Positions 1 to 16,140 of a stretch of DNA of 64,000 nt are shown here, piece by piece. This DNA is from the human T2T-CHM13v2.0 reference genome, Homo sapiens. Numbering within the stretch: the first letter of the stretch is position 1; each line of letters opens with the position of its first letter. The position numbers were made by a program, and so were the translations under genes. The notes beneath the pieces are model-generated. The model did not search any database, was not told where the DNA came from, and saw only the letters and a program-made list of their open reading frames with translations. The stretch lies in NCBI RefSeq assembly GCF_009914755.1, contig NC_060926.1. One strand, 5' to 3'.

Positions 1-1340
<1,340 letters not shown>

Positions 1341-1649
1341 GCCACCACAGTTTAAAAGCAGCCCTTGAAAATAAAAGTTTTTATAATGTGGACCTATAAA
1401 ATAATTTAAATATGTTTTATTGTGTGATTTAAATATTGGATTGTCAATACACAGCTTGTCATCTTTTAAATCAAAATTGTAGAATGCTGCTTTGACTTCC
1501 ACAGTTTTAAGAGGTTATAGAATACTACATATTCCTTTATAAAAATGGCATAATTTATTGAGAAGAGCCTATCTCTTATTTCACATATCCCAGGGACTGT
1601 GGTGGCAGGCAGGGAGCATGTGGTTGGGGTATAGGCCATGTTGCTCCTT

Positions 1650-2750
1650 TTCCTCTGCTCAGCTTTTAAAAGTCAGGGCCTTCCTCTTCTCCATTCACAC
1701 TCTCTCCCCAAGGTCTCCTCCAGTTCCACAGCTTTAAATGCTGCCATGTGTCAACAAGTCTCCATTAGATGACTTTGGCTCTGGACTCCAGAGGCACTCA
1801 TCCAACTGCAAGCTTGATGTGTCCTCCTGGATGGGCATCTCGCCCACCCACAGCAGGGCTCTCCATTTCTCCTCAAACCTGTATCTCCCTCATTCAGCCA
1901 GTCATTCAAGCTAGAATCCTGGCAGCCATCCTAGATTCCTCCTGTTTCCTTACATCCGTTTCATATCCATAACACACATCAGCAAGCTCTGTGGCCCCCA
2001 CTGCTGTCCATTCCTCTCCTCTCCACCTCCCTCCATCCCTTCCAGCCAAACTGCCTGATACTGTTTGGCTCTGAGTCCCCACCCAAATCTCATCTTGAAT
2101 TTTACTCCCATAATTTCCACGTGTTGTGGGAGGGACCCGATGGGAGATAATTGAATCATGGGGGTGGTTTTCCCCAAACTGTTCTCGTGGTAGTGAGTAA
2201 GTCTCACGAGATCTGATGGTTGGATAAGGGGAAACCCGTTTTGCCTGGTTCTCAATCTCTTTTTGCCTGTCCCCATCTATGTAGGATGTGGCTTGCTCCT
2301 ACTTGCCTTCTGCCATAATTGTGAGGCCTCCCCAGCCAAGTGGAACTGTGAGTCCAGTTAAACCTCTTTCTTTTGTAAATTGCCCAGTCTCAGGTATGTC
2401 TTTATCAGCAGCGTGAAAACGGACTAACACACCGCCATCTTTCTGGTCTCCAGGAACGCAGCAGCCTCCCACCTGCCCTCCTTGCTGCTGCTCTCCTCTC
2501 CCTGCAATCCACCCTCCACACAGAAGGAAACCTTTTAAAACATGTAAAGCAGATGACGCTACTCCCTGCTTACAAATTTCCAGTAGCTTCCCATCACACT
2601 TAACACTTGTTTATTCATTTATTGTGTTTCCTTCACCAAGAATGTGTATTCCATCAGAGCTGATTCCTTTCTGTCTGGTTCACTCCAGTCCTCTCAGGAC
2701 CTGGCCCTTAATGAGGGATTCCATAAGTATTTGTTGAATAAACAAATAAA
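1650..2750 (-). mobile_element. L2 fragment split by a THE1 LTR
   Basis: Pyrimidine-rich L2-like text ('ctagaatcctggcagccatcctagattcctcc', terminal 'gtatttgttgaataaac'). Confidence 0.7.
2056..2431 (+). mobile_element. THE1 (ERVL-MaLR) solo LTR
   Basis: TGATACTGTTTGGCTCTG...CCCAAATCTCATCTTGAAT start, ...GGACTAACACA end; 5-bp TSD ctgcc/ccgcc. Confidence 0.92.
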
Positions 2751-3007
2751 TAAACAGGGTTTGAGGAGGGCAGCAGCAGCCAGGATCATGAAATAAACTA
2801 TTTTGGGAACCTGTATCAATGTACAATGACATGACTGTTATTCACGTATATAATCTGATCACAACAATGTAAAAATAATGTGTGTATAGAAAGTGCCTGG
2901 AAATTAATAAAAATGTCAGCAACGTTTTCTTTAGATGGTGGGCTTATGAGTGATTTTCCTTTGTCTTTCCTCTAAAATTGTATTCTCTAGGATTAGCATG
3001 AATATGT

Positions 3008-3126
3008 GGCCAAGTGTGGTGGCTCACATCTGTAATCCCAGCACTTTGGGAGGCTGAGAAAGGATTGAGGCCAGGAGCTTGAGACCAGCTTGGGCATCAT
3101 CCCTGTCTCTACAAAGAAAAAAAAAA
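3008..3126 (+). mobile_element. FLAM / Alu left monomer
   Basis: Alu head followed directly by an A-tail, monomer length. Confidence 0.85.
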
Positions 3127-4689
3127 GTGGCATAAATAATTTTATGATGGAGAGAACTTAATGAGCTTTCTTTCCCCCTAAGTTACTTATTGGGGTTTTC
3201 CCCAGGCTGAATTATTCCAACATCTTTTAACTATTTCATTTCCTTACTCCTTAATCATCTTCTGGGCCCTTTGCAAGAGAATCTCTCTCACTCATCACAA
3301 CCCTCAACAAGTTTTCATTCATACTTTAGTCCACAATATTCTGCAGGTTTGAATATTCAAGGAAAAGAATTTTTCTTTTCATAGACGGTGTCATGGAGCA
3401 AATGTGCTCAAAAGTAATAATAAAGAACTGATTTTAGGAATATCTCCTAAAGAGAGCTGGGAAGATTCTGATGGGATATAAAAACACTGGTAATTAATTT
3501 TTAAATTAATACCTAAGAAACCCTAACGAGCCTCGCATGTTTCCTCTTTTTATAAGTGGGGTTGAATGAGTTATGTTATTCACACTCTTCAAGTGTGAAT
3601 CTTAAAGTAGGCTTAATTGTGTTTAGGCCGAGTACTATGAAAGCAACATGGTACTCAAAAACTAATCTAGGGAAATTAAAGAAACATATGTAGTGCTACA
3701 AATGTGAGCATTTTTCTTAAAAAAATAAATCAGATATCGTTGCCAGGTACATGAGTATACATAGCCTTGCCCTCCATCAGGCAGTGACCCCAGTGGAGGT
3801 GGTGACATATTAATTTCAGAAATGTGTGTCTGAGAGGAGAAACACAGAACATGTTTTATGAGCAGTTCCACTCAGGGGCAGAGGTCCAAGCTGGCTTTGG
3901 GGGTGGTCTTGTGGCCACCTGGACAAGTCAGGTTTCTTGCCAGTTCTGGAACTGGCTCATTTCCAGCTATCATTAGATGAGGTTAAAATAGAAAGGGTGG
4001 GAGGAAGGGCAGGTCAAGTTGTCTGGGGAATCCAAACAGAGCAGACCCCCATGAACACCAGAGCCAATCAGATCCAGGGTAGAGTCAGAACCTATCCACC
4101 CAGCAACTTCCTTCTCATGGCCATCGGCACCTGCCATACATGAGGTCTATTGGAGACCAGCCAGCATATGCCCCATGCTGAGACAAGAAATAGCTCAACA
4201 GGCCAGAGTGGAAAATGATTAAAGTCTGAGGTGGTGCAGGCCAGCAGGGGCGAGGTTCATTTCTCACTGTTGGTCCTGCAAGTTTTACCTTATGTGAGGC
4301 ATCACCCTTGGAGTGATTGTAGAGGTGGCTGCCTGATTGGTTGGAGAAGACACCTGTCTGTGAAACAGAATTGTTCTTCAGCGCTCTCATCCAGCTAATA
4401 TCATCCCTGTTGTGTCAAGGCAGCCAGAAAATGTCTTGGTTATGAGTTTTGAATATGGTAACAGACACGTAGCTGGGCTAATGGAGGCGCGTGATGGTAC
4501 CGCTTGTCTGAAAGTCACTTACTCTCCGCTCTGAACTTTAGGGTGTGAATTTGCCACTTATTGCCTTCTGGCTATGTTTTGCTAACTAAAACATCGACTA
4601 AAAATGTGTGGATACTTCCCATGTATATATGCATTAAGGGGTGAGAAAAGTCAAGAAGCAGTGACTGGCCAGGAAGAGGAAACAAGGGC

Positions 4690-5160
4690 TAATCAAGATG
4701 TGCTCATTAAACTGCAATGACATATTGTTCCACTTATCAAATTGACCAACGTAAAAATGGGCTGATGAAGTTCAGCATTGGTGAGGGTATAGGAAGTAAC
4801 TGGCACCCAGGTACATTGTTGGTGCAAGTGTAAATCAGTACACCTTCTTGGCTTGCAACCTAGCAATATCTACTGAAATGTTTAAAGTTCTAATCTTTTA
4901 ACTCTGTATTTCTACTTCTAACATTTAAGCCTCTAAAGCCTCAAGAATGTTCCTTGGGGCTTTGTTTAAAGACTTTAAAGTATTAAAAACGTAAAAGTAA
5001 CCCAAATGAACTCTGAAGAAGAAGATTAAATAAATGCTGGTACAGCCGAAAGATGAAATACCACACACGTCTTAAGAATGGGTTAGACCTTCCTGTCCCT
5101 ACTGATATGTAAAGTGAAAAACGCAAGCTCCGAACTGCATTGGTGGTATGAGTCCACATC
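4690..5160 (+). mobile_element. L1ME-type ORF2 3' fragment
   Basis: 'cattggtgagggtatagg...acattgttggtgcaagtgtaaatcagtacacc' is typical of the old L1 ORF2 C-terminus. Confidence 0.65.
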
Positions 5161-7005
5161 CAAAGTAATCAACAGCAACAGTAAGAGGGTTAGTATCAGT
5201 GTGAAAAAAGAAGACGGAGAATTATGCACCAATTTTTGGCAGCATGTCCCTAGAAATGAGATTACTTACATTCTTGTAAGGTTTGGAATTTTACATAACT
5301 TTGCACCATGTCATCAGAAGAAAAAGGCAGGGCACATCTTAGTGTAGGCTGAAACACATTTCCATTCAGTGGCTATCTGGAGGGGTTATTCATGAAATTT
5401 GTAAACATGTGGGCATTCAAAGTGATATTTCATAGAGGCTCTAAGAGACAAATTTCCCACATGAATAAACAAAGGAAGGTATGGGGAAGTCTATGTGGCA
5501 AAGTTTATTTAGATCCTCGAATCAAGAGTTGCAATTGGTTACGTGTCTTTGAACAACTAATTTGTAAGCTTCCCAGAGTCCTGGTTTTCTCATCTGCAAC
5601 GTGTGGTTGGGCAAGGCAACCTTCTTAAGGACTTCTCCAGTTGAAATGGGCTCAGCCTGCAAGTAAGTGGAATTTAGGTAAATGATAATCCTAGCAATGG
5701 AAGGTGCTGCTCATGTCTGCTAGGACGAGTGCCTGAGAGCTAGCGGACTTCAAAGTCAGCTAAACAGACTTTCCCAGCTTAATGTAGCTAGGTGGCCTTT
5801 TCCCCTTCAGCACTTTCTCTCCTTCATCCCAGGTGGTCTGCTTCCCCATCTCTAGTTGACTGAAGAAATTAAAGAGAAAAAGAGAGAGAGAGCAAGACTG
5901 AGATGGAGAGCGTAAAGAAAATCAAATGTATTAGGAAGAAGAAAAGATGAATGGTGTGCGAACTGGGTCAGATAGGAGGGAGGGCAGTTAAAGATGAGTT
6001 ACTGGAGGTGCAAGTCACACTAACAAAACTTTGAAAAACAAACGAAGGCCTGGTGAGGCGATGACTAACACAGCTATAGATCCGGGCATTGCAGGCCGTC
6101 CCAGAGGGCCGGCTTTACAACGTGGCCATTGATCCAGCCCAGGTGTGCACAGCCTCGGCCACTCTCATTTCCCCTTCCTGCCCACAGCCTCCCCGCTGCT
6201 CAGGAAGCTGTGCAGCCCTGGCTGTGCATGTAGAACTCAACCGCAGGTCAGGGAGCCTGGGGAGCTGGGGGCTCCAGGCCCTGTTCTCACTGTAAGAGCA
6301 GCTTTTGTGTCAAAGGCAAGTTCACAGCCGCTGAGTCTTCCGAGGCATTGCAGAGCTTACGCCTTTACCGCCAGCCGGTGCTAGGCCCAGGGAGAATGAT
6401 GAAGTCGTCGAGGATATTAGAACCACCATAACGTATTTCCTGGGCATTTTGTGGCCTTACCTGCAGGTAGGTATGACGATAAGCACATCAAGCAGACGGG
6501 GAGGTCAGGTGACTTGTCCAAGTCACCCAGCCAGAAGTAACAGAGCCAAGACTCAAACCCAGATCCGCTCAGTTTCTCCTGCTCTGATATTGCTGCCTTT
6601 GATTTTTGCCTTTGGATCTTTCCAGACCTATCTCCCACCCCTTGCTCCATCCCACTGAGTGTGCCCCATGGCTTTCTTGTATGCTGCGGGCCTTCCAGCC
6701 AGAAAGCTGGACCTGGCAGTGAAGGTGTGGACACACCTTAACACATGGAGGTTAAAAGCCACGACAGTCGGGAGCTCACTGAAATGGCTTATTGCTGCCT
6801 CTCCTGGGCATAACTGCAATCTGGGTGAGATCCCAGGAGACCAAGCCAACTTTAAGATGCAAAGGGACAAGTCTCTAAGGGTTTTCAGATATTGGTGGGT
6901 GAAGGATAGGGAAAGAGCCCAGAGGGGCAGGGAGGAGAGGAGCGAGGGGAGAACGAGAGGCCTTCCACAGTCTCTCAATGTATCAGAGTCAGCTGTTGCC
7001 ACAGC

Positions 7006-7388
7006 TGTTATGAGTTGAAGTGTGGCCCCCAAAATTCACAGATTGAAGTCCTAACTCCTGTACCTCAGAATGTGACCACATTTGGAAATAGGCCTGTTGA
7101 GATCACATTGGATTAGGATGGGCCCCTAATCCGTATGACTTTATACAAAGGGGAAATTTGGACACAGACCCACATACAGAGGGAATGCTGTGTGAACATG
7201 AAGACGGCTACCTACAAGCCAAAGAGAAGGGCCTGGAGCAGATTCTCCATCACAGCCCTCAGAAGGACACCTGCTGACGCCTTGGTCTCGGGCTTCCAGC
7301 CTGCAGAGCTGCAAGAGAACACCTCTCTGTAGTTTATGTTGCTCAGATTGTGGTACTTTGTAAAGGCAGCCTTAGCAAACGAATGCAA
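7006..7388 (+). mobile_element. MLT1B-like LTR (ERVL-MaLR)
   Basis: TGTTATGAGTTGAAGTGTGGCCCCCAAAATTC...GAATGTGACC...GCAGCCTTAGCAAAC consensus-like ends. Confidence 0.85.
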
Positions 7389-10019
7389 TAGCTCATTTTC
7401 AAAGCCCTTCTCAGAGAAACCTATGCCATGGACAACAGTTCTCAGGTGTGAGAGAACTGTTAGGGCAAGATTCTAGATGGCTTCAGAATGATTTCTAATT
7501 ATTACACATTATAATACGGCAAAGGCAGAGTTAGTGATTTCAGCTCAAAATCACCATGGCTTTTCTGTGATATTTCCCTCACTTCTCAGGAAACCTTCCA
7601 AGAACCATCCATGGAGAGTGGTGTTGTGCATTCTGTAGGAAATACTTGTCTTTACTGACAGATTTCAAATAAGCACACAAACAAACACCTTGGGGAGAGG
7701 ATACCCAAAGCACAAGGTCCCAAACTATTAGATGATAATTAGAATGAATGCATATTGATTACACTTAACCATGTTTTAGTCTTCTATATAATTGCCAATT
7801 GGAAAATCTATGCATCTGACAAAATGATCTAATTTTTCCACTTAGCATTCTTACATTTTTGTATCATACTGGGAAAGAATGTATCTGTAGAATATGGGCT
7901 TCAAAACAAATGGAATCAAACAAAGATGTTCTTTGTTTAAGGAACATATTCTAAATTAGGGCCATGAGAACATGCACAGTTTTGTGGCAATTTTGCAAAA
8001 CATGGTTTACTTTGATGACTTGATAAAACCCTGCACTCTATCTACAGACATTTCTGATTTTTCTGTAATCAGATATGCATTTTGCTGGGTGGAAGTATAA
8101 ACACAAATTCCTTTCTGTATGTTTTCTCATGTCACCCAGCAGCCAGCAGGCGGTGAGAAGGACATGAGCTCACCAAAGGTGAGGCTTGTGTTTAATTTGC
8201 TTCGTGCAGCACTAACATGGTACAGTGTGTCACACACACAGATGCTGAATATTTCATTCATTCATTCAACAAATGCACACTGCCCTCCCGTTGGCTGCGT
8301 TCAGCACTCAACGGTGAGGAATCCCACCGGGTAGACAAGCAACTCCTAGGAGGAAAGGAATGCAGCGCTATCTTCCCTCTCTAGGTAGCGTAGTCTAGAT
8401 ATGCGAACTTTCACAGCTTCACTTAAGATTATGGGAGGCAAAACTCAACAGGTCCGTTTTCTATTTGTTCTCTGGGGACCTGGAAGGTCTGAGTTGATGA
8501 CAACTGTAAACGGTCAGGTCTTGTTGGGCCTCTCCTAAAAACCTTAGCCATGGAACAGAGAGGAAAGCTGTCGTACAGACTGTCTTTTCTAGTTTACTGC
8601 TTTTGACTAAAATAATAACATTCACTCTGACATAATGACTGCACCAATTAGACTTAATTAGACTTAGGCAAAAAAAACACCCCCACACACAGACACAAAA
8701 CAAAAAACAAAACAAAAAAAAAACTCTGATGGAATAAATGTAGCGGTGGGAAGGGAGACTTCCCCAGGAGTCCCTGCAGTCATTATCTACTGTCTCCCAG
8801 GGGCCGGGTGACAGGCGCAGTGCAGGGCAGACGTCCACTGGGGGCATGAGTGTCACAGAGCCACGGGCCTCCCCTCCCACAACCTCCTCCCTAGATGTGT
8901 CACCTCCTTTCTTACGATGCACTCCAGCACTATCTGCTGGGGAAGGGGGTGGGTGTCCAACAGGGAGAGCTGACCAGCAGAGCTCCAGGCAGCAGGAAAG
9001 GCTGAAGCCATGTAGCATCTCACTTTGAGTGGAAGCCCCTGAGGGCAGGGCCTCTTCCACCCAGCTGTGCCGTAGCACATATACACTCAATGAAAGAAGG
9101 GCTGGATTCAATTCCAAGGATATTAAAACCCTTCTTATAACAGTCCTGGTCCTTTCTCAGGGTATCTGTATAGAAAAGGAGTTCCTCCAATACAACCCTG
9201 AGAGTGTGTATGGGAAACCTAGAGTGAGGTGTAGGGCTGTTGTCACAATTTCTTGGGGGCACTGAGTTACACATCAATAGACAAGGGCAACTTTAAAGAC
9301 AAACTAAAATGGAGGTTGCATAGAAAGTAATTTTGAATAATTGTTTAAAAAATACAAATGTCACTGCAGTATGGCCAACAGACACAAGTCTTTATTCTAT
9401 TTTGTTTTTTAATTGAAACTGTCAGCAAAGTTAAAAAATCCTTTTTCTCCCTGGCCACTGCCTAAAGGCTGAATGAGGCCCGCCCTGCATCCACTGCAGA
9501 TGCTCACAGAGCGGCAGCCCCTCCCTGGGGATGTGATTAGCATCCCAGGGTCCTTAAAGAAAGGGAGATGTGAGGAGCTGATTAGGATTCAGATCAGCAG
9601 CCAGGCCCAGGCTGTCTGGAGCTGACATCGCCAGGTAAATAAAAGGGCATTCACTGCAGCCTGAGCATGTTCTTAGGTCCCGCGGTGGAGAAGTGCAGAG
9701 CTGCACCCACGGGAGGCACAGCCCTCCTGCGGCAAATGTCTGCAGCCCCCAGACACACGGGGATGCTTTGTGCACAAGATATTTCATTATTTCACATCAC
9801 TTGGCACCCCCTCCTAACTCTAACATCCTTAGCGCTCAAGCATTGGCCAGTGTAGACCTAGCATTGGGTGGGGACTGATGACAGCCAGGGCCTGCTTCTC
9901 TGTTCCCCCATCATTTCCTGGGTGACACCCCTCTGTATGGGAACACTGTCCACTGGTCAGTAATGACCTGTATCAAACAACAGCAAAGCCATTGGCTCTG
10001 TGGCTTTAAATGAATTAAC

Positions 10020-10260
10020 TAAATGACCTCTCAATAATGGCTAACAGTTATTGACTTCTTTTTCTGTGCCAGGGCTGTGCTTAATATTCATTATTTCACA
10101 GCAACCCTACGAGGTTGTTCCCCTCCTTGTTATACAGGTAGGAAAACTGAGACAGAGGATGTTAGTGCCAAAGGTCACACAAGGCAGCACACAAGGTAGC
10201 CGGGGCTCAAATCTGTTTTTTCTTATCTCCAGAGCCTAAGCCTTGACTCCTTCACACTGT
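10020..10260 (+). mobile_element. MIR
   Basis: MIR core 'aggaaaactgagacagag...ccaaaggtcacacaagg'. Confidence 0.75.
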
Positions 10261-12239
10261 CGCAGCTGACAAAGCCCCTTGTTTTCCTCCCCTCCAAGGG
10301 TCAGCACAGTCCATCAAGTTGTGCAAAGCGATTCCTCAATCTCATACAAATTCTCTTTTCCTTGGGTATCAACCCAACTTCATCTAAAAGCCCATCTTCC
10401 AGTTAGCTTGCAGGGACTGAGGGGCTGTGGTACAGGGGAGTTCAGGGCCTCTCCTGGGAATGTCTATCTGCGGTAAAGACTAAACCCTGCCGCATAAATC
10501 TTGTCCAGGAAAAGAAAAGAACCTGGGTTGTGCAGGGGTTGAGTTACTCCAGCTGCCGGGACCCCCTGCTCACAGACTCCCGGAGATCAGAGGGGAGCCA
10601 GGCCAATTTGATTCTTGGCCCAGGGAGGCCTGTTTGAAGTGAATCTTCTCAGGTTTCCAAGGAGGGCAGGTTGGCTGGGGAGCTGGGAGCGCTGAGCCCC
10701 GGGGATAAATTCCGCACTGTGTGGCTCCTTAGAGAAGCTTCAGGCTGCAGGCTGGATAGCCAGCCAGGCTCCTTTCTCCCACAGGTAAGAGAGAGGTCCT
10801 CTGTCTCCCCATGTGTTATTAATACTCTGCTCAGGCCACTGCCTGCCTGTCCAGGTGGGAAGAGGGGCAAGCACGGTTCTTTTCCTACAGAGTGAGAGTC
10901 AGAAGAGGCAAGGGATGCCCACCCCCCTCCACCCAGGTTATCTGAGGAAGACGTTGACAGAGCTGAGAGCCCACAATGCGATGTCTGGGTCCTCATCCTG
11001 GCGTCAGGTAGGGGCGGGGGACTCAGCCCCAGCTCAGCCTGGAGGCTGCCATCACTACTCTCTCTTTCCTGCAATGTAATCAGATTTAATAAAACATGAA
11101 TATTGTATAATAAATACTGCCTTTTCATAAATCTGCCTGTGACATCAAGTGGCATGCTAGAAAATATTATGAAATATGTCTCGAAGTCTATTACAGCCTC
11201 CTCTGAGCATTTTATATAAATCTTTACCTGCAAGAACAGTTCAGGGATAGAATCCGGACTCCACAGAAGACCAGAGCCTTTTCTCCGTGGCAGTGACATA
11301 TTATTAGCATAACATTTTAAAAAATGCAAACTAGCCACTGGAGTTCCCAAGGCCTGCACCACCTTCCTAAGAAACAACATGTTTTCCATTCACACAAACA
11401 ATCGCTGCCCTGGTCCTCGGCCCTGCACCGTGCTAGCCCCATCATCGGCAGCAACCCAGCTCCTGGGGTCAACGGTGTCCCCTCCTACCAACTCCTGATG
11501 GCTGGCTTCCTCCTCACTCCGCCCATCCTTCTGAGAGGAGCCAGTCTGTGCCATGCACCTCCCATCCTCCACCATGGCCCTCTTGTCTTTAGTGACCAGT
11601 GAGTGATGTGCAGAGCTAGTTCATCGCACAGGCATCCCGCAGGCATCCTCCCTCACACGCGCCCATCTTTATTCTCTAATCTCTTCCTCCTTCTCATTCT
11701 CTTGTGACTCAAAGGAGTTTCTCCAGGAAAATCTCTTTCCATTTTCCATCCCTCTCTTCCTTCTGTTTGGGAGCTAAATACTAACCAAAATCAGGGGCGA
11801 ACAATGTGGATGTGGCGTTGGTGATCATAGTGTATTGAGGAAAAGCACACACCACACCCGTGTTTTGCTGGGGAGGTCAATGCAATGATGCTCCCGGGCC
11901 TTCCATTTCTAAAGTTCTGGAACAGACCCAGAAGCACCTTTCAGTCTCAGTGCTGTCTCTAACGACCTCATTCCTTTTCTCCAAGGAAGCCTGCTTTCCT
12001 CAAGCGCCAGCATCCATGATGAACATTAAACATACTATTCTACTCCAGATGATTCCTTTTCTGTTGACTTTCAACGCAAGAGCCTTGATGTTTTTCCCAG
12101 GACAGTTTACTCAGAAGGGGGCTCAAGGTGTTTGTGGACTTGACTACAAGCTACACTAGTCATTGTTTATTCATAACACTCTTTCTATGGAGAATTGTGG
12201 TCTAAACACTGACCCGTTCCCCACGGTGGTCCGTGCTTG

Positions 12240-12696
12240 TGTGGATAACATCTCTTGTAACTCAACCCAGCTTCTGCAGCCTCACCACTGGGGCAGGAAC
12301 CAGGTCCCATCTGGTGGCAACCAGCTTCACCCCGGAGTGAAGAACTGACAGTACCCTGCCTCAGGACCTCCCTGTGATGCCCAGGTGTGGGGCGCCTGAA
12401 ACTGCTTCACATCCCTGTCACCTGGGAGTGCAGCAGAGCTCATACCCCGGAAGGAGCCCCTTGACCTGGGAGGCATGAGAGGGGAGTCATTGTGCTCCCT
12501 GGTTTCTCAATTGGCAGGTTCAGAAGATTCTTGAGAGCATCTATGACTGATTGTGTTGCCCAATTCCATAATGCCTGTCCTCCCTGCCCTCTTTCCTGCC
12601 CCTCACTCCTACTGTTGGGGATTGCATCCCTGAATAAACCTCAATCCCATCAGCCCTTGTCTTGGGATGTACTTTAGGGGAAATCAGGCTGAGACA
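12240..12696 (+). mobile_element. LTR16-like ERVL solo LTR
   Basis: AATAAA-containing U3/R ('ccctgaataaacctc') and 3' end 'ctttaggggaaatcaggctgagaca'. Confidence 0.6.
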
Positions 12697-14028
12697 GGGT
12701 GTTTCTATGCATTTTCTGCTATAAGCTCATAACCATGGAGAACCAGGCAGGAACATGGCTTCTCAGAGCAGTGCTCCATAAGTGTGGCAGTTGCTTCATT
12801 TGGGTCCTCTGGGTGCCCGAACTAGAACTATATTCATGACGAACCCCAGAAGAGTTTTAATTAACGTGAGTGTCCCTAAAGACAATGAAAGGAATAGTTA
12901 GTATCTTTGCTCTAGAATGAAGACAAAAGACAGTTTGTCATCCAGTTGACTTCAACATAACATAAAGTCAGCTGTAGGTAACACAGAATGCTTCTGATAT
13001 TAATGTTCAATTCCTCACACCAACAAACATGAGAACATCATTCACTGCATATGGAAAAGGTGCTATGTCTGTCCTGAGCTGGTCCAGACCACCTGCATTT
13101 CTCATTGCCTGGGTCTGCCTTTTCTCCTCTCTAGATTTTACTTACCCTGCAAAGCTTGTGTTGGGATGTCATTTCTAGGATCGGGTTTAGGCTGAGCCCC
13201 AGGGGTTTTACTGGTGGGACTGTGGAGAAGGCTTGATACCCTGCAGTACTCTCTGGAAAGTACCTTCCTCCGTTCGGAATCCCTGAGCTGGTGCCCCTTG
13301 CAGCCTGCACAGCTCTGGCCTCTCGCCGTGGATCTCATGGCCTCTGCTGCCAAAACTAGAGAGGAGGTTCATCCTCTGTCTCTTTGTGGAGAAGAGTCAT
13401 TTGCTGACTGGGTGCTAGCTGAAAAGGGACTCCCCACAGAGCAAGAACAGCTGTCCTCTTGCTTCATGCACTCAAATTCCCTCCGTTGGGCCGCCCTGGG
13501 GATGCGCTGTCGGCCACCTCCTGCCTGATGTGGTGTGGGCTGCCCATGAGATGAGGCAGCTGTCCAAGGTGGGTGATGTGTGCTCAGACCTCCAGGAACC
13601 GGCGAATGAGGCCTCATGGAAAGAACGTGAGGTGGCGGTGGAGGGGAACAAGAGTGGGGAAATCCCTCCAGGCGGCCTCCTGCACCCCCAGGCTCTGGAG
13701 ACAGCCTTCACTGGACGCTGGAATATCAGATGGGGTGAAGACAGAAAATGCTGTGCTGGCCTGGCCCTCCCACAAACACTCCAGTTTCACGGGCTGAAGA
13801 GGGTAAGTTGTGAATTCTGTTTCTTCAGGAATAGAGAAACCCAGATGCCAAGACCTGGAGGAGGCAGGAGGCTATGCTACTGTCTCCCCCACTTCTGGAA
13901 AGCACTGTGTGAGGTTTCCTCACCCCCAAAGGACAGGCCTGGCTTGGGCTCTCTGGAAGACACTGGCTGAAGGCCGGAGGGGGTGGCCTGGCTGTTTCAA
14001 AGCAGGAGAAGCAGGATGTGGCCTCAGA

Positions 14029-14044
14029 GTGCCACCTGGAGGCA
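14029..14044 (-). promoter_or_regulatory. CTCF core motif (reverse orientation)
   Basis: Minus strand TGCCTCCAGGTGGCAC versus consensus CCASYAGRKGGCRS (one mismatch). Confidence 0.5.
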
Positions 14045-14723
14045 GAGGCGGTGTAAACATGCAGAGAGATGCAGGCGCAGGTGCCCCAGGGACAGAACAT
14101 TCCTATCTGGACAGGGTCTGTCCTGCCCTCTGTCCCCACCTTCATTCATCTGCTCTGAGGAGGCCTGGGAGACCCCAACCTCACACCTTCAGCCTTGGAC
14201 AGGCTCCAGCGGGGCCAGGGCCCTTCACCCGCGAGGGCCCAGGGACCACCTAGATGCAAGGAGAGCCCAGCAGGCCCTGTGCTCTGCCAACTCTTTCTGA
14301 ACTTTTGTTTTCAGTTCTTTTCCTCACAGTCTTACCAAATGTTTCCCAGCCCCACACATTCTTAGACCTCAAGGAGGAAATGCTTATTTTTGTGAACTAA
14401 ATCAGCACAGAGTAAGTAGGAAATCTCTATTTCTTAACTCAAATCTTATGACCTCCCTTGGTTCTTCTTTTGAGGAATCTACATTGTATCCAGCTACATG
14501 CATGTGTTGTTAGTTCCCCAGCATAATCATGGCCGGCTCAGAAAACATGATCATGAATCCCTGGTTCTAAAGTGTTCTCAGGTGCTTTCTAAATACGATA
14601 GGTCTTGTCCCCAGGAGAAATTTAATGCACCCATCTCCAAACTAACTTAAATACAGTTTCAAAACGTTGATGAATCACTCCTCTCCCCGGTTCATCTGTG
14701 GATGGATTAAAAGTCTATCTCTG

Positions 14724-15545
<822 letters not shown>

Positions 15546-15589
15546 CTATGCCCGAGGGTGAGGTACTGCAGCTGGTCCTGAGGAGCTGG

Positions 15590-16140
15590 TTCAGTTGTCT
15601 ATAGCGGTAGAACAAATTATTCTAAAACTCAGTGGTTTAAAGCATAACTTACTATTATTTCTCACAATTCTGTTGGTTGACTGGGCTTATATAGGTGGTT
15701 CCCACTCAGGGTTTCTCCCGCAGTTATAGTCAGAGGGTGGCTGGGGTTGGAACTATCAAAGCCTTCCTTACTCATTTGCCTGGGCTCTACTGGGGTGGCA
15801 GGAACAGCAGGGGACCAGTTGGGTATTCCTCTCTCCATGCTGCCTTTCCACGAGGCTAACTTGGGCTTCCTCACAGCATGGTGGTCTCGGATAGCTGTAC
15901 TCCTTACGCAGCCTCTGGTTTCCCCGGGCATGTTTTCTGAAAGGTCTGGGCAGAAGCTCAAGGCTTCTCATGACTCAGCCTCAGAAAACCCAGAAAGTCA
16001 CTTTTACCTCATTCTACAGGCAAAGGCTAGGGCCAGCCCAGAATCCAGGGGATGAGGACTAGGAATTTGACTCTTTCAGAGAATGGAGGAGCAAAGAATG
16101 TGTGACCTTTAATGTGTGTCTTTAATCTTGTGACCATGTT
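15590..16140 (-). mobile_element. MLT1 (older subfamily) LTR
   Basis: 'aacaaattattctaaaactcagtggtttaaagc...ctcacaattctg' is a reverse MLT1 end; 'ggccagcccagaatccagggg' is internal. Confidence 0.75.

Noticed and set aside
8461-9117. 218-aa minus-strand ORF
   Set aside because: Runs through a low-complexity A-rich tract (FFLFCFLFCVCV) and has no recognisable homology
10649-11389. Longest ORF in the track (246 aa, minus strand)
   Set aside because: No recognisable domain, mixed composition and no supporting splice structure; most likely a chance ORF
13138-14300. Dense cluster of overlapping ORFs that suggested a processed pseudogene
   Set aside because: GC-rich sequence is stop-poor in all frames; no recognisable protein, poly-A tail or TSD
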